Part shown: positions 35,641-47,799 of the stretch, piece by piece
How the letters are laid out: every line of letters starts with the position of its first letter
Position numbering within the stretch: position 1 is the first letter of the stretch
NCBI RefSeq assembly: GCF_030684315.1
Contig: NC_081354.1
Location: forward strand, 19,338,226-19,402,225
Source of the DNA: Stegostoma tigrinum
Taxonomy: Eukaryota
DNA length: 64,000 nucleotides
Direction of reading: 5' to 3'
Program-made: the position numbers and the translations under genes
Notes under the pieces: generated by a model
Databases searched by the model: none
The model's input: the letters and a program-made list of their open reading frames with translations, nothing else
Told to the model about the DNA's origin: nothing

Positions 35641-37984
35641 ACTCCCAAGGAGTATTAATCAGTCTAACTGTGCCCTATGCAGGCAGCTTACTAAGTGGGC
35701 CAGCCTACAAGTCTCAGCATCACATGCATAATGTGGACTGAAGGCCTCACACTCACCTGATACTCTCCCTTCCTGGGCACTGTGCTTCCTACCCACTCAT
35801 TGGGAATGGCTCACTCCTAACATGCTCCTGCTGTCATTACCTTCCCATCACACTCAATCCGTCTCCTGACCTCACTGCAGGATTAGTTAGCACAGAACCA
35901 AAACAGAGAGGACCAAAGATCAGTTGAGGTGTGCCAGATATTAAACACTCAGCCCTTTGAGTAACATGCAATTGAATAGGCTGGGGAAGACCAGCAGTAT
36001 CCTTATGACAATGGCCTCATATTTCCCCAATAAACGTCATAACAGTCTGCTCTTCTTTGATGGATCCAAAGCAAACACATTTGGTGAAGATGTGCAACAG
36101 ACCACTTTCCTTTCTTCCAAAGCCATGAACAGTACCCAGGATTCAGGAGAGTGCAAGAGGCTGCAGCCTCAAAACCAGCAATGTTAGCAGCACCCGTGAG
36201 GGTGAATCATGGGAATACTATCAGGTTGCACTAGCAAGTGATCATCTGCACTTGCCATCAGCAGAGCGGCAGTCACCTTGGTGGGGGCACATTTGCTACA
36301 ATACACTCAGGGGACACATCACCAACATGGGTCTGCAGCCAATGGAGGTAGAAACGTCAGAGATCCCTGGGACTCAGTGGTCTGCCAGAGACCAAGCACC
36401 TGCTTAGAATCATGCTGACGCCATGCCTCTGCACTCATCATAAGTGTCAGGGCCAACCTGCAGACATGTGTGCGTGTGAACAGAAGATCGATGCACCAGA
36501 GACCCTCGCTAGACTCGAGTGAAAGATACAGGAATTCACCCATCTTCTGACTACTGTGGTCTTTTCGTGATAGTGTACGTGGCTGTCTCCATGGGAAGGG
36601 TAAGGGCCACCTGGAGACTCAGGTGCAACGGTATATTTTGACTGTGGAGGGCAACTCTTCCTCACTCCACATACCTCATCTTCTCAAGCAGACAAGGGAG
36701 GTGCCAGCAGAACCCACAAGGAGGAAAAGTGACAGTCAAGCGTTCTGGATCTCAGTACAGTCCAGGAGGTGCACTGCCCCCCCAATGCCCCACTCTCTGT
36801 AACCCACTGCCTGCAGCAGATGAAGCTGTTCTGATGCAGGGTATTCTCAAGAGGTTACAGTACTGTAGGCCCCCAGAGAATGGCCTCCAACATCTTTAAA
36901 ATCACCAGGATATACCACCCTGCATAATCCACCCAAAGCCCCAAGAGTCAGGACAGCACCAAGATATGGAGGAATTGTGAGAGAAAAATGTTCTAAATTG
37001 TGTTGATGACACAGGTTTTCAATCAATATATGTATTCTGCTCTTTCGTAAACATATAAATCATAAGCAAGTACAGATGTTGGGTGTAGTATTTTTTTTAT
37101 TAACAATAGTAGCCAAGGTTATTGGAAAGTGAAAGTTGTGGAGCATCTTATTTTATGGAAAGGATGTGTTGTTTTACATTCAGCAGAACTTGAAACCTTT
37201 AAGAAACAGCAAAAGTGGTGGCTAGAGAGTACCATATCTCTTGAACCATAGAGCCATTAGTTGAGGAATTGGGATCAAGGTATTCCAGATTACTTCTGAT
37301 TTAACAGCAAGGTTTTGGGAGCAACTGGGGACTGGGATATTTCATCATTGAACCTTGCACAGACACACCTTATGGGAACAGTAGTGGAATGTGTCATGCA
37401 CTCACCGACTCCATGAGGGAAAGGTGTGTTCCACTTCTGGAATTCTCCAAACCAAGCTAGAAAATCAAATGACATGATGCTGGCAAAGATATTTCACATC
37501 AGTTTCTCACAAGTGTGGTGCACAAGAGGGGAAAACCTCAAAACATTGTAACCCATAGTAGTGGAAACGTTGCCAGCAAGGATGCTTAAGTATTGCAAAG
37601 CTACACTAATCTGCAGCACAGCAATGATAATGAGGATGTAAGGACCTTAACTAGCAGTCACAGGATGTGGGACAGCTCAGCAGAATTCACCAGGGAACAG
37701 ACTTTCTATTTTGACTGGTATGTCTTTGAAATAGAAGCCATTTTAGCACAATCACACAAGAGTGCATCGGGTCACGGAAGTGTTCAATGTATTACAGGTG
37801 CTGACACATTAATGTTAGTCCAGGGCAAGGTTTATATGCAAACTATAAATGAAAAGTCACTGTTTTATTGGACAGATAATGAAAGTGAAAATTCATCTCA
37901 CTCAACAAGGATTGATGAACACAGCAAGCAGAAGTATAATGTGCAAATGTAAAGTGTAACGTGTAGAAAATATCTCTGAGAAGC

Positions 37985-38345
37985 ACAGTCATCCTGGAAG
38001 TGAGTTGCTGTAAGTTTGTCTCTGGCATCTCAAGCTCAATGGGACATTACCTGGTCTTCTTTACCTTTTTGATGTTCTTCCTGGCCCATCTCAGGATCCC
38101 CCTTGCCCTCATTCTCATTTGAGAACTATGAAATACCATAGAGGTCCCCAGAAACCAAAATCAGCTGTAACCTTCAGAGCTACAGGACGAGACTGCCACC
38201 TGGTGGTCACAGGTTTTCATCCAGCAGCAGGTATAGCTACAAGATGTTGGCTGAGGAGTTGTCTACACTGACTGTCGCACACCTAGAGATCTTTAAGCCT
38301 ATAGCTCTTGCTTTGTGTGACAGATCTCGTTCAATATGGTAGCTC
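37985..38345 (-). pseudogene. Harbinger (HARBI1-like) transposase remnant lacking the DDE core
   Basis: N-terminal LLDENL*PPGG../PVALKVTA (~38160-38230) is followed within ~50 bp by the acidic C-terminus ENEGKGDPEMGQEE...DARDKLTATHFQ (~37990-38115). Confidence 0.55.
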
Positions 38346-40129
38346 TCGTCCTGCTCCTTCTCCCTCTGCGATCCATATGGCAACTGGTGGTGGATGTTGC
38401 TTCAACAGTGGCCCCTTCAGAGTTATAAGAGCACAGGACAGATGGTAGGGCTAATTTCTGTCATGGTCCTTTCGCTTCCAGGAGTAAGAACACACACTGT
38501 TAATAGAAAGGCTTACATGGACATCTTTTCTGACGAAATTGTAAGCAACATACTAAGGTTGATCTCATATCTGTCCACGTCCATATGCTCTGTATGATTC
38601 TGCTCAGTGGCTAGTGACGGCATCCGTTTGTCACCAACATCACAGTGCTTGCAAGTAGCTACAGCTTTTGAATCACGTTCTAGCCTGACAATACCTCTTC
38701 CAGTGCACAAGTCATCCTGAACTAATTTATGTTGCTCTAATAAATGTGAAGCTAGCCTTGACTCGGAGCAGTTGCTGTTGGAAGTATATAATGCCTTTAA
38801 GAGGATTTACACTCAAGGACTCCGCAGCCTGTGTAAATACAATGTTGAGAGTCTGGAGTCAGAATGTCCGCTCTATGGTTTGCCAGTTGCACACAGAAAT
38901 CCATTGTTTTGTTGTACTATCTGCTTTATGACCCAATGTATTTTACCATTTGAATGAATGACTGATTATTGGATCATTATCATTAACATGATCAGACCCT
39001 TCCATACCTCTTTCCAATCCAATCACATCAGTCTTCTCCTACACTCATCTTCTTGTGCATGGGGATAGGATAACTGCTATATCATAGCAGCTATTCCTTG
39101 TGACAGTCTGCCATTGCCGATGTAGAAGATTAAGTTTAGCCTGAAAGTTCCTTGTTCTGTTAGCACCTGTAGACTTGAGGTCATCATAAGGTGTCTATCA
39201 CGCCACAACGTACTTTCACTCTCTACTTTACAAACTTAGATTACAATTCGCTGATGTGAGTTTCTCTTCTGAAATCCATGAAAACAAATAAGCCCAAGTT
39301 ATCGGAATTTAAAGGGGAACTATAACTGAAGAAAATCCCAAATGAAGCTGATAAATACAAACTCAAGTGTGGTTTTGGGGTCTCATGATGCACTGCAGCG
39401 CCAATGAAGGCCCTGAATGCTTTAGTCGACACCACTTCATACTTTTCCAAGGCGGGTGGCGGGTGGTGTGCAGTGTGCAACACTTCTTAATCTGTTCAAT
39501 CTAGTTATATGAAATAAGCCGACTTAAACAAATGAAGACAAATTAAACTGGGTTAAAAAGGATGTCAGCACATGAAACACAAGATGATAAGAAATAGGAG
39601 TAGGAGTAGGCAATTCAGCGCTGAGGTCTGAACCTCATGAGTGCTAACCTTATGCAAAAAATGCTTGGTCAAGCTTGTTTTACTTTCTGTGAATCAATTC
39701 ATGATAATAGACCTCACCATAGCACACAAAACACAGTGTTCATCTGGTTCTTCAGCTTACATGAACAAAATTCCTCCGTTTTAACATTAGGATGGAACCC
39801 TTTATAAAGATACACCACAACCTGGTGGTGTACATCATTTCTCAAATCAGCAGTTGTCTAAAGTACAAACTAAAATAATTCCAAAAATTTACACCATTGT
39901 ACCCTGAAATGTAGTTAGTTCTGATATAATATGTATTGAACAAATATTTCAGATTAACTATAAACACTCTTTTCTACAACATTATATTTAAATTATAAAT
40001 GCTATATTTTTAGAAAAAGTTGGTTATTGTTTCAGATACCAACTTACAAGCTTTCATAAAACATGGAATGTTAAGTTTATTAACCTAATGATATTGAACT
40101 TGCACTTATAGAGTCAGAGAATCCTGGTA

Positions 40130-40560
40130 TGGGAGATTTTAGCTATGAAGAAAGAGCAGATAGGTTGGGTTTGTTTTCACTGAAAAATGCAGGAGGTTAA
40201 GGAGCAACCTGATAGAAGTTTATAAGATTGTGAATGCACGGATAGAGTGAAAAGTGAGGCTTTTTCTCCAGCATGGAGGCGTCAATTACTAGGGGACACA
40301 AGTTCAAGGTGTATAGAGGCCTGAGGAAATTTAAGAGATGTGCGAGATGCTCATACAAACAGTGGCAAGTGCCTGGAATGTGCTGCCAGAGGAGGTTGTG
40401 GAAGCAGGCACAGTTGCAGCATTCAAGCACCTGAACAGGAAGGGAATAGAGGGATACAGATGCTGTAAGAGAAGACAGTTTTCATATGCAAGGGTAAAAC
40501 GTGTCGGCACAGGTTTAGAGGGCCAAAAGGCCTGTTTCAGTGCTGTACTGTTCTTTGTTC
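40130..40560 (+). mobile_element. CR1 3' fragment
   Basis: ORF 40338..40586 (AWNVLPEEVVEAGTVAAFK); TGTTCTTTGTTC tail. Confidence 0.8.
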
Positions 40561-40569
40561 ATATTCTAG

Positions 40570-41450
40570 ACATACAAGGAAACTGACCCTTTTGTCCAAC
40601 CAATCCATGCTGACCATAATCGTAAACTAAACTAGTCTCACCTGCCTGCATTTGACCAATAACCCATCAAACATTTCTTATTCATGTACTTATCAAATGT
40701 CTTAAGCGTTGTAACTGTACCAACATCCAACACCTCTTCTGGAAGTTCAGTGCACACATGCACCACTCTCTGTGCAAAACAGTTGACCCGCATTGTTTTT
40801 TTAAGCTCTTTCTCCTCTCACATTAAAAATATCACCTGTGTCTTTAAACCCCGCTATTCTATGGAAAAGACACCTGCCATTCACCTCATCTATGCGCCTT
40901 ATGATTTTATAAGCATCTACAAGGACACTCCTAAACCTCCTATGTTCCAGTGAGAAAAAGTCCCAGCCTATCCAGCCTCTTCTTATAACTCACCTTCCAC
41001 TCCCAGCAACATCCTGGTTGAACCCTCTCCAGCTTACTTATCCTTCCTGTGACAGCGCGAGCAAAACTAGACAGTGTTATAGAAGAAACCTCACCAAATT
41101 TCTGAATAAGCTCAACATGACCAACTCCTATACTCAGAGGTCTGAACAATGAAGGCAGCCATGCTAAAGGCCATCTCAACCAACCTGTTTACATGAAATG
41201 CAAACTCCAAAAAATTATGTACCTGAACTCCCAGGTGTCTCTTTTCTACAACACCACCCAAGGCCCTACTTCTAATTGTCCAAGTCCTGCCCTTGTTTGT
41301 TTTACCAAAATGCAATACTTCGCCATTATCTAAATTAAACTCTGTTAGCCATTCCTCAGCCCATTGACCCAATTAATCAAGATTGTTTTGTAATCTTAGA
41401 TAACCTTCTTCACTGTCCACTACACCACAAATTTTGGTGTCATCTGCAAA
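40570..41450 (-). mobile_element. 5'-truncated CR1 LINE, tail-to-tail with the previous copy
   Basis: ORF 41112..41372 (WAEEWLTEFNLDNGEVLHFG); begins at FADDTK codons; same subfamily as 8468-9375. Confidence 0.88.
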
Positions 41451-41480
41451 GGTTTTAAACATCTGCAAAGGTTTTAAACA
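41441..41480. repeat. Perfect 19 bp tandem duplication
   Basis: CATCTGCAAAGGTTTTAAA x2 (41441-41459, 41460-41478). Confidence 0.95.
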
Positions 41481-41989
41481 TATTTCTATATTTTCATCTA
41501 AATCATTTATATAAATTATTTAATTTGTCTGCAAGTTATTCAATATGTTTATTGAAGTAAAAGCAATCTTCATGAAGGGAAGTAACAAGATGTCAGTGAC
41601 AGATTCTTTGGGATGGTTTTCAATAGCTAATTATATCTCACTGATTGACAGTAGTTGGTAACATATACTGTCATTAAAGTGACAATTCAATTACGCCCAT
41701 GTGATGAGAATGCCTTAAATATTAAAACCAAGCATTGATAGAATTCCAGAAATAGGACAGGGATTTCTGCAAGTAATAATGTCCTTGTAAATACTGCATT
41801 CCTCCTCTGTCAAAAATAACATAGTACGGGTGGATCAAGTACAGATGTATCATTTGATTTAACCACATTCTGTAAGAAATACTTTGTAAAGAAGGAGGTG
41901 CAAATATTCAATGCAGTGAGCTATAGCATCGTTGAAACGCCTCTATACAATAAGGGAAGCAGGCCAAAACAGGTCACAATAGGCTTGTT

Positions 41990-42570
41990 AGCTTAACATC
42001 TGTCATTAGAAAGATGTGAGAGTATATTACAAAGGATGTAATAGCAAAGCATTTAGAAATGCATAATATAATCAAGCACATCAGCCTGGCTTCATAATGG
42101 GGAAATCATGCTTGATAAATTTATTACAACTCTGAAGTAGTAACGAATAGGATTGATAAAGGGGGAGCTGTGGATGGACGGTAATATATTTGGATTTCCA
42201 GAAGGTGTTTGATAAGGTAAAACACATTATACTACTCATTAAGGTAAAAGCCACGATATCATGGTCACATAAATGGATGATTGGCTAAGTTACAGATGAC
42301 AGTTGAAATAAGGGGGCTATTTTCAGGATGACAGTCTGTAACTAGTGGAGTACCACGGATAAGTGCTGGGACCACAATTATTCTCAATATTGTGATGACT
42401 CACAGGAAAGTGCACTGAATATCAAGCCTTGCCAATCTTGGAGTCTTAAAAGAAGTTAAAGATTTTACGGAAGTATGTAAACTCATCGATTTACCAGACT
42501 TTCAGAATCAGCTTGACAGAAAGCATCGACAAAGGCCGAATGGCCATTTCTTCTCCTACATCTTATTGTT
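41990..42570 (+). mobile_element. CR1 RT-domain fragment
   Basis: GGGAAATCATGCTTGATAAATTTA (GKSCL.NL), TATTTGGATTTCCAGAAGGTGTTTGATAAGGT (YLDFQK.FDKV), AGTGGAGTACCAC (SGVP). Confidence 0.8.
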
Positions 42571-42659
42571 TAAAATAAATGTACATTTGTAGGTGATGTG
42601 ATTTCTTCATGCATTTTTGTTGTTGACTACAGACATTAATCCGTTTGTTTTAAATGAGT

Positions 42660-42910
42660 TACTTGCTCTGCCTCTCTCAGCTCATTCTCTACCACCTCCT
42701 CATGAGCCACACCAATTTTCTCATCTCCATCCCCAGATTCTGAACTGAATGTCATTTCATCCTGAGTGACTTCAACCTCCTTTTCAATTTATTACTTTTG
42801 TCCCCTCTTTGGCATCCTATGTCTAATTTCTCCAGCCCATCTATCTTGAACTTGCTGTATCTCAAGGCCTGACTATCCCCGGAGCTTCTATCACTCAAAA
42901 GGCCAACATA
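42660..42910 (+). mobile_element. L2 LINE endonuclease fragment
   Basis: ATCCTGAGTGACTTCAACCTC (IL.DFNL) and CTTGAACTTGCTGTATCTCAAGGC (L.LAVSQG). Confidence 0.5.
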
Positions 42911-43929
42911 GAGTCCATCAAAAATGAATACTATACACAACATGAGGGGTGCTGCCACTGTGCAGGCTGTGACATCAGTACATTCTGACATTCAGTGCAA
43001 TTTACTTACAGGGAGGATGAAAACAAACCTCTTTTTGGATCACCATCAGGTCAAGACTGCTATAGATGAAGACAGACGTATGTAGGCTCCTGCTGATGCT
43101 TTACTAAGGTAAATAGGCAAACCTACCTTCCATAAACCATCTGATAGCAGCCTAACTATAAATGGCACAGTCTAGCATAAACCTGGATGTCTAGCCATCC
43201 TAGTCACAGCACACTTCCCCTCCAAACCCAAGCCTTGGTGTTCACGTTTGGAACGGAGTCCCCAAATTCACCACGACCCGCACTGTCAAAATGCCCAATC
43301 CCTAAGCCTTAGCTGTCACAAGACATTTCTGCAGCTACTGAAATGATATTCTTTGTGACTATAATGAAAATAAAGGTATTGCTCCAGGTCCTTAATAACT
43401 TGCCACCAGAATTTGGCAGAGTTGCTCATACCATCCTCTGCTGCCTGTCTATCATCATTCAGCTGGGTGGGGCTGGATGATCTGGATTCGTGTTTTTACA
43501 TATCTTTAAACAACCTGTTAAGAAAGGTCTCTGCAGTGGGTAGGACTTGAAAGCAGGCCTTCTGCGCCCAGAGGTAATTATGCTACCACTGCACAGAAAG
43601 AGCCCTCTGGGGTTTCATGCTTTAAATTTGGTCAAAGCCTGCATGTTTCCTGCAGCAGCATCTCTGTCCTTTCCCAAATGGTTACTTCGTGTTTCTGAGC
43701 AATCAATTCAGAAACACTTCAGCTCCACACAAATGCAAGAGGAGATTGAGCTTGATTTCATCAAAATTGTCAGTCTGTTTGTTTGACACACAGCACTTGA
43801 TAAGAAGAAATTTTTTTCAATTAAATACATAAGTAACAAGAAGTGAGTATCTTCAACATACTCATCACTCACTCTACTCACTAGCAGCTGACTCTGTCCC
43901 ACACTGGCACTGTATGAGGTTGTACCATA

Positions 43930-44600
43930 GTATCATATGTGATGCCAAGATTGCTTTCAATTATGCATTTGTGCCATAAATTAATTTCCACTTTTACAGC
44001 ATCTCATGACTGTCCCATGCTCAGCTCATCTGCTGCCAAAATGTTTATCCATGTCTTTGTTACCTGTAAGCTCTACTCTTCTAATGCACTTCTAGCCGGT
44101 CTCCAAAACTTAATCATTCATAAACTTGAAATCATCTAAATCTTAGCAAATCATGGCCTGATTTTACATCATCCCATTCACCCATCATCCTTGTTTGTTG
44201 ACCTACATTCTGTCACTACAATAGAGATTAACTTGATATTCTGGTAATCATCTAGGTTGGATGTGTCTTTTTTTTAAAACGCACAGGACATGGCCACAGG
44301 TCCTACATGACCATATTCCCTCTAGGCTGGAAACACCCCCAGCGCTATAACCCTCAGGTAGCAGCATTCCTTTAAATCTGTCCACTTCAGGTTCTTTAAC
44401 TTTAACACTCTACCATTGATAGCTGTGCTTGAGCCCAGAGTTCTCAAATTTCCTCCATAAATATCTCTGTTCCACTTTTGCCCTTTAACACATTCTTTAA
44501 AATATATCTCTTTTATCAAGCTGCAGGTTAACTGGTGGTTCAGTATCACATCATGTTCTATGTTGTTAGAGAACCACATTGAGTTTTTTTTTTATATTAC
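43930..44600 (+). mobile_element. L2 LINE 3' remnant
   Basis: ORF 43939..44139: LSSSAAKMFIHVFVTCKLYSSNALLAGL...HKLEII. Confidence 0.75.
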
Positions 44601-44649
44601 AACTACTGCTTGTGTTATATGGGACAGGTTTCAAACAGATCAAACAACT

Positions 44650-45380
44650 CAAAACTGAGCAAACATGAGGCAATGTGGGCCACCACGAGGCAATGTGGGC
44701 CACGAACAGCAGCAGTAACATTGTATTCAACCACAATCTGGAACCTCATGGGCTGGTTCATCCCCCATTCTAAAATTAACAGGGGAGGACAAACTCTGTT
44801 AACAAAGATTGAAAACAGTAATGCCAGGAGCAGCATCAGGCTGACCAACAAATGAGTTATCAACTTGAGAGCTACAGGACTACTCACATGCCAAATAGCA
44901 CAGGCAAAATGCAATAGATGGAGTTAGACAATATGACAACCAACAGGTCAGGTCTAAATTCTGCAGCCCTGACGCTTCCTGTCATGGATGGTGGTGAACA
45001 ATTAACAAATATCTATACGTCAAGACTCCACAAACATTCCCATCCTCAAAAATGGGGACAAGTCCAACACATCACTGCAAAACAAAAGGCTGAAGTATAC
45101 GCATCCATCTTCATCCGTAAGTGCCAAGTGGACGATGAATCTTGGCCTTCTTCTGGTATACCCGGCATCACAGATTCCAGTCTTCAGCTACGTCGACTTC
45201 ACTCCACATGAAATCAAAAAAATGGCTGAATGTACTGGATTATGGGCCTGACAACACTGCATGCTTCAGCCATGCCGCTAGTCAAGCTGCTTTAAAGGAT
45301 AACCACACCACTGGCAATTGCCTGACATTGCAGAAAACTTACCTCAGCATAAAAAAAAGCATAAATCCAACCTGGACAAT
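44650..45380 (+). mobile_element. LINE internal fragment (CR1-clade second family)
   Basis: ORF 44918..45211 (HITAKQKAEVYASIFIRKCQVDD), an EN-RT linker-like segment. Confidence 0.6.
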
Positions 45381-45389
45381 GAATAACAA

Positions 45390-45573
45390 ACAGAAATTGC
45401 TGGTGAAACTCAGCAGGTTCAGCAGCATTTGTGGGAAGAAAGCAGAATTAACGTTTCCACCCAGTGACTCTTCTGATGAAGAGTTAGCTCTACTTTCTTT
45501 CCACAGATGCTGCCAGATCTGCTGATTTAAAACAGGAGTTTCTGGTTTTGCTTCAGATCTCCAGCATCCGCAT
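45390..45573. mobile_element. PLE fold-back mini-insertion, family B
   Basis: Arms CAGAAATTGCTGGTGAAACTCAGCAGG / AGATGCTGCCAGATCTGCTGA, central CTGATGAA; flanks AATAACA(G)AACAGAAA at ~45382 and ~45574. Confidence 0.7.
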
Positions 45574-45923
45574 CAATAACAGAACAGAAACAATAATCCT
45601 GAACGTTTTACTTGAATGAGAACCCCACACCACGTACTCTACAGGACTGCAGTCTTTATATGAAACAGGACATAATCCAATTTCCAATTGGTTCACTTGT
45701 CGCCACTTTGCCGAGTTGTAATATTGAGTTCCCAATCAGAAGGCACTGACCTTGACTTTCAACTAATTCTGAACCATGCAGTTGGGCCACTTGGCAATTT
45801 CTCATCCTGGCCTCACCAAGGCAAATCTTTTTTAATTTTCAGAGCATGCATCTGTTCAACCAGAGACTGTGTCCCCTCTCACATTCTGCTCAGTAACTCT
45901 GAGAAGCAAAACAGTCCTCCTTG

Positions 45924-46253
45924 CTGAATACACAAGATGCAACCTTTTGGCGCAGTGAGGTATTCCTTGCTCTCTCATTCTTTCTGTCCAAAATCTCAGA
46001 GAAACAGTGTCCACTTACCCAATATTTCGGCCTTCAGATCTGAACATTTTTTTAAACCTGTTCTGAGTAGGACTAAGCCCATAGTCTCCATGTTAACCAA
46101 GTCACAAGCTTGCTATGTGGCAGAATACACAGCAAATCAAATGGCTTCTTTCAAATTTCATTTTACCTGATTTTTCCTCTGTTACATAGTGGAGGACAGT
46201 CAAGCTGTTAGTCTCACATGAAAATTGATATTTGGCAAAGAAATTAGATAAAA
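45924..46253 (+). repeat. ~330 bp diverged direct repeat, copy 1
   Basis: Collinear with 49764-50078 (CTGAATACACAAGATG.AACCTTTTG...AGTAGGACT..GCCCA.AGTCTCCA...CAAGCTTGCTAT...AAATCAAATGGCT). Confidence 0.85.
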
Positions 46254-46285
46254 GTGACCCAATGGAACTTCATTTTAACAGTAAT

Positions 46286-46568
46286 GGGTGGCATGGTTGC
46301 TCAGTGGTTAGCACTTCTACCTCGGTGCCAAGAACCCTGGTTTGATTCTGGCCTTGGCTGACTGCAAAATCCACGCAGTCACACTCTCCCTGTGGCTGCA
46401 TGAGTTTGCTCTGGTTTTCTCCCACAGTCCAAAGATGTGCATGTTGGGTAGGGTGGCCATGGAAAATTGCCCTAGAATGTGCTGGCTAAGTTGATGCAGT
46501 GTTAGGGTAGGGGATATGAGTCTGGGGGAACGCTCTTTGGAGGGTCAGTGTGGACTTAATGGGCCGAA
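46286..46568 (+). mobile_element. HE1-type SINE
   Basis: GGGTGGCATGGTTGCTCAGTGGTTAGCAC, GGTTTGATTC, CCCACAGTCCAAAGATGTGC. Confidence 0.85.
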
Positions 46569-47364
46569 AATACTCAGAGAAAGGGAGGTCTCTAGCATTC
46601 AGATAAAGAATTCAAATAGGCAAGTTCATGGCACCTTAGCCTTTATTGCAAGAAAATCTTATACAGGATTTTGGTGCAACTAACCTGGAGTGTCATGTGT
46701 AATTCTGGATGCCATTTAAGAAGAAAAAAATATATCACTTGCATTGGAGGTAGCATTGTGATGGTTCACAAGATTGGTTCATGAAGTGAGAGGACTTCCT
46801 ACAATGAGAGGCAGAGTAAATCAGGTCTCTCAGATTTAAAAAACCAAGAGGTGAACTCATTGAAACATTATGAAGGTCCTTGATGAAGTAGGTACTGTAT
46901 CCCAGGCTGGGCAATGTAGAACACGGGCCAATAATTTAGCTCTGAGATAGGGACATGTTTCATCACTCAACAGGTTGTGAATCTTTGGAATTTTCTTCCA
47001 CAGAAAGCTGTTGGGGTCAGGTGGTGAGGTACCACCATGGTGACAGTTCAGTTCGCTGAGTTGGCCAAATGGTTGGTGTGTGATGCAAATCAATGCCAAG
47101 AACACTGGTTCAATCCCTATGTCAGCGGTGGTAGTTCGTTGTCCGTGTACCTTGAACTGCTCTGCCTCTATTATTCTTCATGGGCTACAACTAAAGTCCA
47201 ATTAGTCCAGAGGGTTGTGGGTGATCCAACAATTAATGCTGAAATAAATGTTTGATCGTACAAAGTAAAAGGAATAAGATGAGCAGACAGAAAGTAGAAA
47301 TAAAGCCCGAGAGCAGCCATGACCATATAAAATGGTGAAGTAGGATGCACAGATTTACTAGACA

Positions 47365-47545
47365 AAAAAATGACCAAGAACTATGGTTGCTGGAAGTCAG
47401 AAACACAGACAGAAATTGCTGGGAAAAAAGACATAGCCAGTGCGGAGAGAAAGCAAAGTTAACATTTCGGGTGCAGTGATTTTTCTTCAGAACTCTGATA
47501 CTGCCAGACCTGCTGAACTTTTCTAGCAGTTCCTGTTTGCATTCA
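47365..47545. mobile_element. PLE fold-back mini-insertion, family B, in a CR1 3' UTR
   Basis: Minus-strand GTT-CTGAAGA-...-CCC-GAAA-TG-TT-AAC at 47458-47493; short inverted arm to the right. Confidence 0.7.
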
Positions 47546-47799
47546 AACGTTTACTCTGGCTCCTATCTCTTACACTCTTATTCTCAGTGAGATTGCCTAC
47601 TCTCTCAGGAAGGCCTCACATTACTTCCACTAAATCGAGCAAAGTGTACTGCAGATTCTTCAACTTCAGTTCAATTGTATAAAATTGTACTGTACAATTG
47701 GCTTGTAAATATCTGAAGAAAGCATCAGTGATAACACTCGATCACTAAACATTGAACCACAATAGTAGGGGTGGGTGGGTGGCGGCGGCGCAAGAAAGG

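Larger units (their letters stand above)
35155..38500. mobile_element. Fossil PIF/Harbinger DNA transposon (convergent Myb/SANT-like gene and transposase)
   Basis: Myb-like remnant on + at 35440-35640 and transposase remnants on - at 37985-38345; GGGGCTGAGATTTTCC at ~35155 resembles a TIR; right end not defined. Confidence 0.6.

Noticed and set aside
38513-38710. Gypsy integrase zinc-finger-like peptide (LERDSKAVATCKHC)
   Set aside because: Single short motif with no supporting flanking domains.
44667-44703. 20 bp-period duplication of GAGGCAATGTGGGCCAC
   Set aside because: Real, but a simple local slippage within a LINE relic.
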